Shown one piece after another: positions 35,970 through 46,396 of a DNA stretch of 59,105 nucleotides (position 1 is the stretch's first letter; every line of letters starts with the position of its first letter). The notes under the pieces were generated by a model that was given only the letters and a program-made list of their open reading frames with translations, was not told the DNA's origin and did not search any database. The position numbers and the translations under genes are program-made. Location of the stretch: NCBI GenBank assembly GCA_049965455.1, contig JBMFWH010000004.1, forward strand, positions 1 through 59,105, in the 5' to 3' direction. Origin of the DNA: Thermoplasmata archaeon (GTDB lineage Archaea; Thermoplasmatota; Thermoplasmata; Thermoplasmatales; ARK-15).

Positions 35970-36950
35970 ATGAAGTTCGGTGTTATTGGCATTGGTAATC
36001 ATGCACAAAAAAGAGTAATGCCGGCTATATACAACACCAAAAATGAAATTTCTGCAATATATAGCCGTTCTATCGAAAAAGCAATAAACTTGTCTCGGCA
36101 ATATCATTCAAAGCCATTTGACAGCATTGATCATTTTTTAGATCAGGATTTTGACGCGGTTTACATTGCTTCCCCAAATTTTCTGCATTATGAACATGCT
36201 AAAAAAGCGCTATTGAAAAACAAACACGTGTTGCTGGAGAAACCTATGACATTAAAAAATGAAGAAGCGCTGGACCTCATAAATACTGCCAACGCCAGAA
36301 AATTGAGCCTGGCAGTTGGTTTTCACCTGCGTTTCCATCCTGCTGTAGGTATGATAAAGGACCTTTTGCCAAGACTGGGAAACATTACTTATATTCATGG
36401 TTCATGGTCCTGGTATTCTACGGTACATGCGATAGATACGGACAGGTCCTGGTGGTTTGAGGAGGATAAGGTTGGTGGAGGACCGGTAATGGGAACAGGG
36501 GTGCATGTGATAGATACAATAAACAATGTGTTTTCAAGATATCCTGATTCCGTATTTTCAATGCGTAACCCCGCAAAGGCAGTTATAGAAACTACTGAGT
36601 ATATCTCTATGCGGTACTCCCAAGTCATTGCTAATGTGCTGGCGTCAAGGGACGTTGCAAGCCCTGACAACAGCCTGATAATATACGGCACTGACGGAAC
36701 TCTGATAGCCAAGGATTTTTTCAGCACCGAGGTATCAGGATCTTTGATTTTCTTACATAATAAAAAAGAAGAGCAAAAAATTGAGAAATTGAATATGTAC
36801 GAAGCTGAAATCTTGGATTTTATAAACTTAGTAAAAGGTAAGCACGCAAAGATAGCAAAAGGCATGGACGGATATCAGGTTGTAAAAATTGTAAATGCAG
36901 CTTATGAATCTGATGTTGCGGGAAAGATTATAAGCATAAAAAATGATTAA
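35970..36950 (+). CDS. Gfo/Idh/MocA-family oxidoreductase
   Basis: GVIGIGNHA, HVLLEKP, GVHVID. Confidence 0.92.
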   Translation: MKFGVIGIGNHAQKRVMPAIYNTKNEISAIYSRSIEKAINLSRQYHSKPFDSIDHFLDQDFDAVYIASPNFLHYEHAKKALLKNKHVLLEKPMTLKNEEALDLINTANARKLSLAVGFHLRFHPAVGMIKDLLPRLGNITYIHGSWSWYSTVHAIDTDRSWWFEEDKVGGGPVMGTGVHVIDTINNVFSRYPDSVFSMRNPAKAVIETTEYISMRYSQVIANVLASRDVASPDNSLIIYGTDGTLIAKDFFSTEVSGSLIFLHNKKEEQKIEKLNMYEAEILDFINLVKGKHAKIAKGMDGYQVVKIVNAAYESDVAGKIISIKND

Positions 36951-38430
36951 GGCATTTGTTAACGCCAAAATATACGCATCATTCAAGCCTTTAAAAATTA
37001 CAGATGCGCTCATAATCAAAGATGGTAGGATTGCAGAACTTGGCTCTGATAAGATCCCGGATTTTGGAAAAATGGAGGTTGTAGATCTTCACAGGTCAAT
37101 AGTAATGCCAGGGTTTGTGGATGCGCACATGCATCTTGATGAGCTTGGAGAATACCTGAACATACTTGATCTAAGAAATGTAAGATCCATCAAGGAGATG
37201 CAAGAAAAACTTAAAGCTGTAGAGAAAAACGATTGGATAATTGGGCATGGCTGGGATCAAGAGTTGTTTGAAGAACATCGCTGGCCAGACAGGTTTGATC
37301 TGGACCAGATCATTAAAGACAAGCCCGTATTTCTGAGCAGAGTTTGTTTGCATGCAGCAGTATTAAACACCAGGGCGTTAGAGATGCTGGGATTATTGAG
37401 TTCAGATTACGGCCCTGACTATCTAGTTCGTGATGATCGAGGAATTACGGGCATAGTTAAAGAACAAGCGTTTGAACAGGCGCGAAAAAATATAAAAAAA
37501 GATGTGCAGAAATATATAATTGACGGAGCGAACGAGACTTTGAAGAATGGCGTTACCTCTGTGGGATTTGTAAGCTGTAACTCTGAAACCTTAAAAATTT
37601 TAGATAGATTGAGAGAAAAGTTAAGATTGAGGGTACATGTATATGTTAATCCTGATTCGATGGATGCTTTGAAAGAGTTTAAAAACAGTGCGTTTTTAAA
37701 AGTCAACGGAATAAAACTGTTTATTGATGGGTCTCTAGGTGCAAGAACAGCATGGTTGTCCAGTCCTTATGCGGATGCTAATACCTCTGGGAATTCAGTG
37801 ATAGATGAACATGAATATTTTCGAATTTGCAGGAAGACGGACCAGCAAAATCTGCAAATAGCCACACATGCAATTGGAGATCGCGCGCTGGACGTAGTGC
37901 TGGACACTTATGCACTATTAAGAAACAAGCACAGGATAGAGCATGTCTCTTTAATACGCGAAGATCAAATCTTAAAAATCAAGGACATTGGTGCCACAAT
38001 CGTAACACAACCACATTTTGTAATTACAGATTTCTGGGTTTTAAACAGAATCGGGACTGATAGGGCAGAACAAGCATATCCATTTAGGACATTAATTAAA
38101 AACAATATCCCGGTTGCATTTTCTACAGATTCTCCAGTAGAGCCCATAGATCCTTGGCAAACAGTATATTCAGCAGTTACGAGAGGGAAATATGAGAAAA
38201 TACCACTATATTATGAATCCAGGCCACAGACATTGAGCCTTGAAGATACTTTATTCTTATATACTAAAAATTCAGCTAAGGCATTGTTAGATGACAGTAT
38301 TGGATCGCTCGAACATGGTAAATACGCGGATTTTATAATATTGAACAGGGATCCATTTCAGGTAAGCAAATCACAATTGAAGGATATAGAGGTAATAGAA
38401 ACATATGTGGCAGGTGAAAAGATATTATGA
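36943..38430 (+). CDS. YtcJ-like metal-dependent amidohydrolase
   Basis: PGFVDAHMH, KLFIDGSLG, HAIGDRA, RIEH, STDSP. Confidence 0.92.
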   Translation: MIKAFVNAKIYASFKPLKITDALIIKDGRIAELGSDKIPDFGKMEVVDLHRSIVMPGFVDAHMHLDELGEYLNILDLRNVRSIKEMQEKLKAVEKNDWIIGHGWDQELFEEHRWPDRFDLDQIIKDKPVFLSRVCLHAAVLNTRALEMLGLLSSDYGPDYLVRDDRGITGIVKEQAFEQARKNIKKDVQKYIIDGANETLKNGVTSVGFVSCNSETLKILDRLREKLRLRVHVYVNPDSMDALKEFKNSAFLKVNGIKLFIDGSLGARTAWLSSPYADANTSGNSVIDEHEYFRICRKTDQQNLQIATHAIGDRALDVVLDTYALLRNKHRIEHVSLIREDQILKIKDIGATIVTQPHFVITDFWVLNRIGTDRAEQAYPFRTLIKNNIPVAFSTDSPVEPIDPWQTVYSAVTRGKYEKIPLYYESRPQTLSLEDTLFLYTKNSAKALLDDSIGSLEHGKYADFIILNRDPFQVSKSQLKDIEVIETYVAGEKIL

Positions 38431-39347
38431 TCGAGATAGACGGAACTAAAATGGAAAATCTGCATTTTAAATGGAGCGCTAGTAACAAGCCAATAGCTTA
38501 CGTATCTGCTGAAGAAGAAATTACGGTAAAAGTGCCGGATGCCTCAACAATGCAGATCACTGAGCAATTTAAAACTGAGGATTTAAAGAATTTAGACCAG
38601 AGCAAGCTGGATGGTGCTGTAGGGCCAATATATATTAATGGGGTCGAGAAAGGAGATCTGCTGGAAATAGAGCTATTAGATATCAAAGTGGGATCTTGGG
38701 GATGGAGTGCAATACTTCCTGATTTTGGTTTATTAAAAAATCGGTTCCAAGAAACGATAGTAATATGGCGCATAAAAGACGGTATCGCCACTACCAGACC
38801 ATTATTGAAAAACATAAAGATACCTATTTCTCCGTTTTTGGGCGTGATAGGAACTGCTCCTGAGAGTGGATCCTTCGACATGATCCCACCCAGACATTTT
38901 GGAGGGAACATGGACAATAAACTATTGGGGAAACATGCCAAAATTTACCTTCCAGTGCTCACAGATGGGGCTTTATTATCTATATCAGATCCACATGCCT
39001 CGCAGGGAGACGGTGAAGTGTGTGGTACCGCAATTGAAACAACGGCAACTGCAAAGATAAAAACGAGAATATTAAAGCAGAAAAACTTAAAATATCCATA
39101 CGCAATTATTAATACTGAGCAGAAGAAGGAAGAACTGCTGATGACAATGGGCATTGCTGAAGACCTTTACAAGGCGTCTCAATATGCGGTGGAGGACATG
39201 ATATCAATGCTGGAAAAATATGGGTTTAGTGCGGAAGAGGCGTATATCCTGAGCAGTGTTACTGGCAACCTGAGTATTTCTGAGATTGTCGATGAGCCAC
39301 ATTTTGTAGTGTCATTTACAATGCCCAAGAAACTGGTAGAGGTGTAA
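38427..39347 (+). CDS. Acetamidase/formamidase
   Basis: GPIY, GGNMD, DPHASQGDGEVCGTAIE. Confidence 0.92.
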   Translation: MIEIDGTKMENLHFKWSASNKPIAYVSAEEEITVKVPDASTMQITEQFKTEDLKNLDQSKLDGAVGPIYINGVEKGDLLEIELLDIKVGSWGWSAILPDFGLLKNRFQETIVIWRIKDGIATTRPLLKNIKIPISPFLGVIGTAPESGSFDMIPPRHFGGNMDNKLLGKHAKIYLPVLTDGALLSISDPHASQGDGEVCGTAIETTATAKIKTRILKQKNLKYPYAIINTEQKKEELLMTMGIAEDLYKASQYAVEDMISMLEKYGFSAEEAYILSSVTGNLSISEIVDEPHFVVSFTMPKKLVEV

Positions 39348-39351
39348 AAAG

Positions 39352-39783
39352 ATGGTAATGAAAAAGATAATTATTTGTTATGACGGATCAGACTTTGCAA
39401 AACGTGCTGTAAATTTTGTGGTATCGAATATTGCAACCGCAGATACTGAACTGCATTTAGTATATGTTGGGGTCATTAAGTTCGGTGAGACGGTTAGTTA
39501 TATGGATGTGGAAGAGAAAATGCTGAAAATGGTTAGAGAGAACGGCGAGAAAGTGTTGAATGAAGAATATAAGAAAATTGTGGAGAGTTTCAAAAAAGTA
39601 ACCGTGAAATATCTAGAAGGAGCAGATATAGCAGATATAATTCTAGAATATGAAAAGTTGATAGGCGCAAACTTGATAGTTGCTGGCAGTAGGGGCATGA
39701 GCATCTGGGCGGGAGCGTTGCTTGGATCTGTAAGTCAAAAACTGGTTGTTAAGTCTCCAGTACCTGTGTTGATCATAAAATAG
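39352..39783 (+). CDS. Universal stress protein
   Basis: YDGS, GSRG, LLGSVS, PVPVLII. Confidence 0.92.
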   Translation: MVMKKIIICYDGSDFAKRAVNFVVSNIATADTELHLVYVGVIKFGETVSYMDVEEKMLKMVRENGEKVLNEEYKKIVESFKKVTVKYLEGADIADIILEYEKLIGANLIVAGSRGMSIWAGALLGSVSQKLVVKSPVPVLIIK

Positions 39784-39809
39784 AAGAAGTATTTAAAAAA
39801 ATAAAAAAA

Positions 39810-42356
39810 TTAAAGTATAACGCTGTTTCCACTCAGCGTTACGTTTATTGATACATTCGCTCCATTCACTGTTATTGTTGCAGGCACTGATGAATATATA
39901 CCACTCGGGGTAAGTATCAGTAGATAGTATGCGCCATTTGTTACATGGAAATTCAAAGTATTGGATGTGTTAATTGCAGAGTATAGAAATGGATGATTCT
40001 GGCTGTTTGAGTATAGAAACGCCATCACTGAAGTGTTGGAAAGCCCGGATATGGTGATTGTTACATTGTAATATACTGGAACTATTGGACTGTAATCTCC
40101 TCCAATTGCTATAAGTCCATAAAAGTTAAATGGAGTTGGCATGCCAGATGTGTAATAGCTCCAGAAGTTGCCAGACTGTGTGGCCTGATTCATAATGTTT
40201 CCAGATAATTGGTATCCATTCACGGTGTTGACTATACTGGCAGGTTCAGGAGTAATGTTCCAGGCATCAGTGTAGTTTGCGGAATATCCGTTATAGATAT
40301 TATAATGCGGACTGTATGCAGGGATCGTGATGTTGAAGTAGTTATTGTAAATAGTGTTGCCGGAACTGTACATGCTCAATCCTGTCGCATATCCCAGATA
40401 TGGCATGTCTGCTGCTGTTATAGGTACTGGATATGAGTTGAACTCATTACCCCAAATAACGTTGTTAGATCCACCATACACAAGCATTGAGCTGCCCCAG
40501 TCATAAAAGTTATTGCCTGCTACTAGATCATTGGTACTGTTCCATAATATTATGTTTGCCACAGGGAAATCATACATGAAAAGATTATATGAGAACCAGC
40601 CTGTAACGTAATTGGCATGATATATGGAAACGTGAGATGTATTATATAATTGAATTTGAAGGTAGTTGTATGTAGGGAGTTTGAAGTAATTTGCAATGTT
40701 TGATGCAGTAGCGCCGAAGTTGATGAAGAACGCTGGTGGGCTGTTGACAGATATGTAAACGTTAGTGTTCAGGATAAGCAATCCCGGAAACACAGGAAAC
40801 GCGTAATCATTCAACTGGCTGAACAATGGATTTAACGAACCGTACTGATTGTTTTCAAGAACATATGGATTATTCATAGTACCGTTACCAGCCATTGAAA
40901 GAGCAGCGACCTGGGCATTGTCAAATGCAAACAGAGGTGTGTATATTCCCATTGCCATGTTCTTTACCATATTTACATTTAATACCGAAGAACTGCTGAA
41001 AGTCAGGCTTACAGGATTATAGTTACTGAGCAGTATCTCTGCACTGTAAGTGCCTGTAGGCAGCTCATATGACACCGCCCCCGAGGTACCTATCGCAGCC
41101 CACTGTGCGGTTGAAGCGTTAAATTTCGGGCCGGGACTTATGAACATGAACGCATTTGAGGGAGTCACAGTTCCTGAGATCTTGATATTGCCAGATCCAG
41201 ATGACACGCCCCATAAAGGTGCCAGGATGGATGGTCCGGTAGTAAGCACTGCCGTAGGAGTGACACCGTTCCATGATGATGATACACCGAGGCTTGTTTC
41301 TCCGGTATCTGTTCCAAAGTTATATGCAGATGGTACTGCAGAATATCCTGTAGATGACAGATAACTCAGGTGCATAGTGGCATTTGCATTAAACACGTTT
41401 GTCGTGCTTCCGCCGCCAGGACCGCCGAGCATTATTTCAGCATCATAAAGCAAATAGCCATTTGGTGTAACCTCATTACCATTAACCTGATAATAAGCAG
41501 GTGCAGTCTTGTAACCTGAAGGCATGCCATATGAGGAGTTAAACAATACTTCATCAAAAGATCCAGCGATAGGAGCTTGGTTCTGCTGTATTAAAGTGTA
41601 ATTGAAAAATACAGCATCCTGGTTATCTATAACTGTGCTGTTTAGGAATAGATTTATGGTGAATGGGAACTCAACGTTGCTAAATGAGGGGCCTATTGCG
41701 TAATAGTATGTGGGTGGAACTGGAATGCCATCATAGCTGTACAATGAGTTGGGAGTGAACAAGAACTGGTTGCTTGAAAAGTTCCAGATATTGTCTATTA
41801 ACTCTAATGTATGAGTTCTTACCGAATAAAACACTACATTCTGATTCCAGAAGACATAACTGTTGTTACCGAACAGCGTGACGTTTCTGAGTACTGTATT
41901 TAACTGAAAAGTAAGGCTATAAGGGCCATCATCATCCAGATAAAACACGTTAAGATTATTAACAGTGATAGATCCTTCAAAGCTGGTAGTGTTTAACACT
42001 GTCCCTGTCAAAACACCACTATTGTTCATCAATCCAAAATAACCCAATCCCATTGGCGCTGGAGCTGAGCCGTATAGTGGAGATATAGTATTACCATTTT
42101 TCACATATTTAGCGTTAAAATTTGGTAAATATGCGTATTTAGCAGGAATACCATTCTCTTTTAATGTACTTAGCACCTTCTGGGTCATTGTCGATCCTTG
42201 TGCGTTTGATGCTTGGTAGGTCTGTGCATGGCTTGGTGCAGCCGTAGCGTTTGCAGACGATACCAAAAAACCAGAACTCAAAAAGACGACGACTACTGCT
42301 ATTGACAGTAGAACTTTCAATATATTTGCCTTTTTTCTATTTGTTATGTTACCCAT
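39810..42356 (-). CDS. Thermopsin (peptidase A5) family secreted protease with C-terminal beta-helix-like and extra domains
   Basis: Signal peptide, PAPMG, QLNTVL, FWNQNV, DNIWN, YDAE...GGPGGG, GTDTGE. Confidence 0.88.
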   Translation of the reverse strand: MGNITNRKKANILKVLLSIAVVVVFLSSGFLVSSANATAAPSHAQTYQASNAQGSTMTQKVLSTLKENGIPAKYAYLPNFNAKYVKNGNTISPLYGSAPAPMGLGYFGLMNNSGVLTGTVLNTTSFEGSITVNNLNVFYLDDDGPYSLTFQLNTVLRNVTLFGNNSYVFWNQNVVFYSVRTHTLELIDNIWNFSSNQFLFTPNSLYSYDGIPVPPTYYYAIGPSFSNVEFPFTINLFLNSTVIDNQDAVFFNYTLIQQNQAPIAGSFDEVLFNSSYGMPSGYKTAPAYYQVNGNEVTPNGYLLYDAEIMLGGPGGGSTTNVFNANATMHLSYLSSTGYSAVPSAYNFGTDTGETSLGVSSSWNGVTPTAVLTTGPSILAPLWGVSSGSGNIKISGTVTPSNAFMFISPGPKFNASTAQWAAIGTSGAVSYELPTGTYSAEILLSNYNPVSLTFSSSSVLNVNMVKNMAMGIYTPLFAFDNAQVAALSMAGNGTMNNPYVLENNQYGSLNPLFSQLNDYAFPVFPGLLILNTNVYISVNSPPAFFINFGATASNIANYFKLPTYNYLQIQLYNTSHVSIYHANYVTGWFSYNLFMYDFPVANIILWNSTNDLVAGNNFYDWGSSMLVYGGSNNVIWGNEFNSYPVPITAADMPYLGYATGLSMYSSGNTIYNNYFNITIPAYSPHYNIYNGYSANYTDAWNITPEPASIVNTVNGYQLSGNIMNQATQSGNFWSYYTSGMPTPFNFYGLIAIGGDYSPIVPVYYNVTITISGLSNTSVMAFLYSNSQNHPFLYSAINTSNTLNFHVTNGAYYLLILTPSGIYSSVPATITVNGANVSINVTLSGNSVIL

Positions 42357-42486
42357 AAATTTCTATATTAATAGCCGAGTATTTATAATTTTTTATTGTA
42401 AATATTGCAAAATTATTATAAAAATTGGCTGTAATATTAGCTATAAAAAATAGGATAAAATTTTAGAAAGTTTTTATTTATGTGAA

Positions 42487-43074
42487 TCAAGACAAATTTG
42501 CCTTAATGCTAGATACTGTTTCCACAATCATCAGTTTTTCCATATTTTTAAGGGATCTTTCATGAGCATCCTTATCCCCTGAAGACACAGCATCACTTGC
42601 TATGACTGCATAATATCCTCTGTTAATGGCATCTCTTGCAGAAGACTCTATGCCTATTTCCGTGGCTATGCCAGTAAAGATTATCGTTTCTATCCTGGCA
42701 TTTCTGAGCATCAGGTCAAAGTTTGTTCCGATAAAGATGCTTGCTGTGTTTTTTAATAGAACTATTTCATCTTTTAATGGCTCGATCTCCAGATCAAACA
42801 TTTCTTTGGGCATGTCCCCGAAACTGGATCCCATTTTGCGAAGCATATACTTTCTTGCCGGCGATTCAAAGTTCGGTGGCAGGGGCGTAATCTTTGTAAA
42901 GAATATGGGAATTTTATTTGCCCTAGCAACGGATATTAGATCATTTAAAATTCTAATAAAATCAGCGCGGTTAAATATATGTGATACCAGCATCTTCTGT
43001 ACATCCCAGACTACCAATGCCGTGTGCATCGGGTTAATTATATCTTTCAGAGTTTCATAATTTTCTTTTTTCAT
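42487..43074 (-). CDS. Isochorismatase-family hydrolase (YecD-like)
   Basis: ALVVWDVQ, K..ASIF.GT, GIATEIGIESSARDA. Confidence 0.88.
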   Translation of the reverse strand: MKKENYETLKDIINPMHTALVVWDVQKMLVSHIFNRADFIRILNDLISVARANKIPIFFTKITPLPPNFESPARKYMLRKMGSSFGDMPKEMFDLEIEPLKDEIVLLKNTASIFIGTNFDLMLRNARIETIIFTGIATEIGIESSARDAINRGYYAVIASDAVSSGDKDAHERSLKNMEKLMIVETVSSIKANLS

Positions 43075-43121
43075 ATTATTTTATTAGTAATATTCGCTAT
43101 ATATATTTTCCTGAGCGCATA

Positions 43122-44393
43122 TTACACATGAAATTTTATCATAGAAAAGAAAAAATAGCTGCTTAGCACAGTTACTCCAGCTAAAACAAATGTAAACCAG
43201 TAACCTATATAATATGATATATACCCTGATAGCATGGCTCCTATCAAAGTACCGCCACCTATGATTGCACTGTATGCCCCTAGCGATTTGCCTCTATTAC
43301 TCTTTCCTATTGTCTGAAATACCATTACGCTTGAAACTGTGTAATATATTGAGAACCCAATACCCGCGGCTAGAGCGTAAAATATTAAGTTTGAATAAAG
43401 AATAATTGGTTTCATTAAAATGAATATAATGCCGATCATGAAATAAGAGCCACCCCTCAAAAACAAAGCACTGTAAAGACCTTTAGAGGTTGAAATAGTG
43501 TGCGTTTTAGAGCCAAGAAAATAAAATGTTATGGTCTGAACTATCATGCCTACGAAAATAACCAAGAATATGGTAGATTCTGAAAGCCCATTTTGCTTTA
43601 GCCCAGCTGGATAAACAGTGTTGAAAAGCCCAGACCCTATAAAAAACAAAAAAATTGCAAAGTAAAGTTTTGAGATAGTGTTGTTGCCTCTCAATCTAAA
43701 GGCTCTTCTTAGCTTGATAATATTGGCATTTGTAGATTTTATAAACAATATGGAGTTTGTGTACATGCGTGACAAAAATGCTGATAGGTCAGTACCAAAA
43801 ATAGACCTATCCATTTTTTTAACAGGTTCAGGTACATAAATAACACTTGTTACTACCGAAATCAGTGAGATAAAGAACAGTATCATGATCAGAAACTTCA
43901 TTGTTATTACGTCCGTAACTACAAATGCGAACGCGAAGCCAATAGTTCCGCCAACACTCCCAGCTAACTGCAATTTTGAAAATACCCTGCTCCAGATATC
44001 TCTAGATGAAGTTTCCATTACCAGCAAATTCAGCGGGGCAGCATTTGCGGTGATAATAAACGAATAAAGTGCGTAAATCAAAATTATGTCCAGTACATTA
44101 CTTATGAAATAGAGAGCGAGAAGTGACCCCGCAAGCCCTATGTACGAAATTATTATCTGTGCCCTTCTTCTCTGGTACAAGTCTGAAATTTTGCCCCATA
44201 TATAAGATGCGGGGATGGAAATAACGGTTCCTGCAGTTATGGCATATGAGGCTTCAATAACCCCCCCACCAGACTTTAATATATAGAGCACAATTATGGT
44301 TGATAATGGGCCCATGGCTATGTTTGCAAATATTGTGTTATAAATCCATTTTAAACCGTATTTATCTTCAGTTTTCAGAGATATATAGCTCAT
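43122..44393 (-). CDS. MFS transporter
   Basis: 12 TM segments; WGKISDLYQRR motif A. Confidence 0.85.
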   Translation of the reverse strand: MSYISLKTEDKYGLKWIYNTIFANIAMGPLSTIIVLYILKSGGGVIEASYAITAGTVISIPASYIWGKISDLYQRRRAQIIISYIGLAGSLLALYFISNVLDIILIYALYSFIITANAAPLNLLVMETSSRDIWSRVFSKLQLAGSVGGTIGFAFAFVVTDVITMKFLIMILFFISLISVVTSVIYVPEPVKKMDRSIFGTDLSAFLSRMYTNSILFIKSTNANIIKLRRAFRLRGNNTISKLYFAIFLFFIGSGLFNTVYPAGLKQNGLSESTIFLVIFVGMIVQTITFYFLGSKTHTISTSKGLYSALFLRGGSYFMIGIIFILMKPIILYSNLIFYALAAGIGFSIYYTVSSVMVFQTIGKSNRGKSLGAYSAIIGGGTLIGAMLSGYISYYIGYWFTFVLAGVTVLSSYFFFSMIKFHV

Positions 44394-44463
44394 GGCTTTT
44401 TAGCGTTAACTAAAAAACAATATTTAACTCTTTTTAGCTAAAACTTCAGTAGCCAGATTTTTC

Positions 44464-44563
44464 GATCATGTCAACTCTTCTTTGATAATTGCTTATTATT
44501 TCATTTTGTCGAAGGCATAGCTTTTATCTGGATCATTTAATTTGAATATTTTTTGAAAAATAT
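44464..44563 (+). mobile_element. MITE family A, copy 2 (right end missing)
   Basis: Shares TATTATTTCATTTTGTCGAAGGCATAGCTTTTATCTGGATCAT exactly with the 48423 copy; right boundary approximate. Confidence 0.75.
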
Positions 44564-44601
44564 TAATAAAAGATAAATAGCAGTTGCTCTTCTTATAGTG
44601 T

Positions 44602-46011
44602 ATGCTTAGCAATGCAGGTAGAAAGCTCATACTTTTCACTACTTCCTTAGCTGCATTTTTAGCTCCATTTACATCAAGCTTGATCTCTTTCGCAGTTCCT
44701 AAAATAGGGCAGACTTTTCACGCAAATTTCACAGAGGTGGTATGGGTCCCGCTGAGTTTTTTGATTGCCTTGGCATCGTTCATGATACTTTTTGGTAAGA
44801 TATCTGACGAATACGGGAGAGTTAAGCTATTCAGGCTCGGATTTATAATATTCTTGATCGGATCTTCACTCATCTATTTTGCTGCCAATATCTATATGCT
44901 CATAGCACTGGTGTTTTTTACTGGGTTGGGAGCAGCGTTCATAGGCACAAATTCTACAGCTATAGTAAGTCACATATACCCGCAACATATCCGTGGTGGT
45001 GCACTGGGGATCAATGTCATGTCAGTATATCTGGGATTAACCGCAGCGCCATTTCTTGGCGGTATATTAATACAGTATTTTGGCTGGCGCTCAATATTTC
45101 TTATAAATATCCCTATCGCTCTGTTAGGCCTGTTAATATCTTTTTCCTCAATGAAAAAACTGGATATTAAAGGAAAAAAAGTAAAGATAGATGTGAGAGG
45201 TGCAATAATATTTACGGTAGGATTAGTCTCTACAATTTTCTATTTGAGCATATCCCAGGTCTATGGCTGGATCTCGATGATATATTTATTAATATTTGGC
45301 ATTGTACTTCTAACTATTTTTGTTATGCTAGAATCTAAAACTGCAAATCCACTTCTGGACATTTCTCTATTTACTAAGAACAGGACATTTGCAGCTTCCA
45401 ATTTTACGGCGTTTTTAAACTATATCAGCACTTTCTCAATAGTGTTTGTGTTCTCAATATACCTGCAGATTATATTGAAATACAACCCTTTTAATGCAGG
45501 GCTTATACTGGTGGCAGAGCCTATATTCATGGTGATATTTTCTCCAATTAGTGGTAAACTTTCTGATAGATATGGCTCGAGAGAGATCGCAGCTATCGGA
45601 ATGGGTGTTATTGGAATATCCTTTTTAATACTCTCATTCATAAAGATAAGTTCTGTATGGGATATAATAATACCTTTGAGCATGATCGGAATTGGGTTTG
45701 GATTGTTCTCAGCACCAAACACAAATTCTGTTATGGGATCTGTTACGAGAGACAAGTTTGGAGTGGCTTCAGGAACCCTAGGGACCATGAGATTCACAGG
45801 ACAGTTGATGAGCATTGCACTTGCGAGCACTATCTTAGCTGCCAGCTTGCCAAGAACTATGCTTTTAGAGATGTTCTCTGGTGTTGAGAGTGTTATTACT
45901 GTTTCATATTGCAATGCTTTTGTTTCTGGGTTTAAAGTGGTCATGCTGGTATCTGGGATATTGAGTTTGATCGGAATATACACGTCCCTGTTAAAAACCA
46001 AACACTCTTGA
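44602..46011 (+). CDS. DHA2-type 14-TM MFS efflux transporter
   Basis: GKISDEYGR, GWRSIFLINIP, PLLD, SAPNT. Confidence 0.9.
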   Translation: MLSNAGRKLILFTTSLAAFLAPFTSSLISFAVPKIGQTFHANFTEVVWVPLSFLIALASFMILFGKISDEYGRVKLFRLGFIIFLIGSSLIYFAANIYMLIALVFFTGLGAAFIGTNSTAIVSHIYPQHIRGGALGINVMSVYLGLTAAPFLGGILIQYFGWRSIFLINIPIALLGLLISFSSMKKLDIKGKKVKIDVRGAIIFTVGLVSTIFYLSISQVYGWISMIYLLIFGIVLLTIFVMLESKTANPLLDISLFTKNRTFAASNFTAFLNYISTFSIVFVFSIYLQIILKYNPFNAGLILVAEPIFMVIFSPISGKLSDRYGSREIAAIGMGVIGISFLILSFIKISSVWDIIIPLSMIGIGFGLFSAPNTNSVMGSVTRDKFGVASGTLGTMRFTGQLMSIALASTILAASLPRTMLLEMFSGVESVITVSYCNAFVSGFKVVMLVSGILSLIGIYTSLLKTKHS

Positions 46012-46149
46012 TCCTGTTATTCATGCTCTTAAATATCTTTTTAATTGTTTTGTTTGTTAATATCAAATTGATCTTATAAAAATACGCATTTTACATAAAA
46101 AACATCATTTATCCCGCTTAATATTGCTTCCATACAGGACATGGTAACT

Positions 46150-46327
46150 GATCACGATTATGAAGTGGCGATATAACACAAATTACCTTTAATACAATAT
46201 ATTTTTAATTTATTATTACAAAATAAAATATATTCTCTATCTTTTAAATACAGTGAAAATTACGCATAATACTAGCTTTATGAGAACTTAACTTCAGAAT
46301 CGTGACCTATTACACATTATACGACTA
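46150..46327 (+). mobile_element. MITE family B, copy 2 (TIRs 46150-46307 plus 20-bp tail)
   Basis: GATCACGATTATGAAGT...ACTTCAGAATCGTGACC followed by TATTACACATTATACGACTA. Confidence 0.8.
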
Positions 46328-46396
46328 TATAATGTCGCATCTGTAAAAAACATGAGGTCACAAATAGCAAAAACATTGGCAGAACTAACCTGAAAC

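Noticed and set aside
42487-43074. Missing catalytic Cys in the isochorismatase-family protein
   Set aside because: Gly at this position is known in the YecD-like subfamily
46314-46324. ACATTATACGA identical to part of loxP
   Set aside because: Only 11 bp match and the 13-bp arms are absent; probably coincidence
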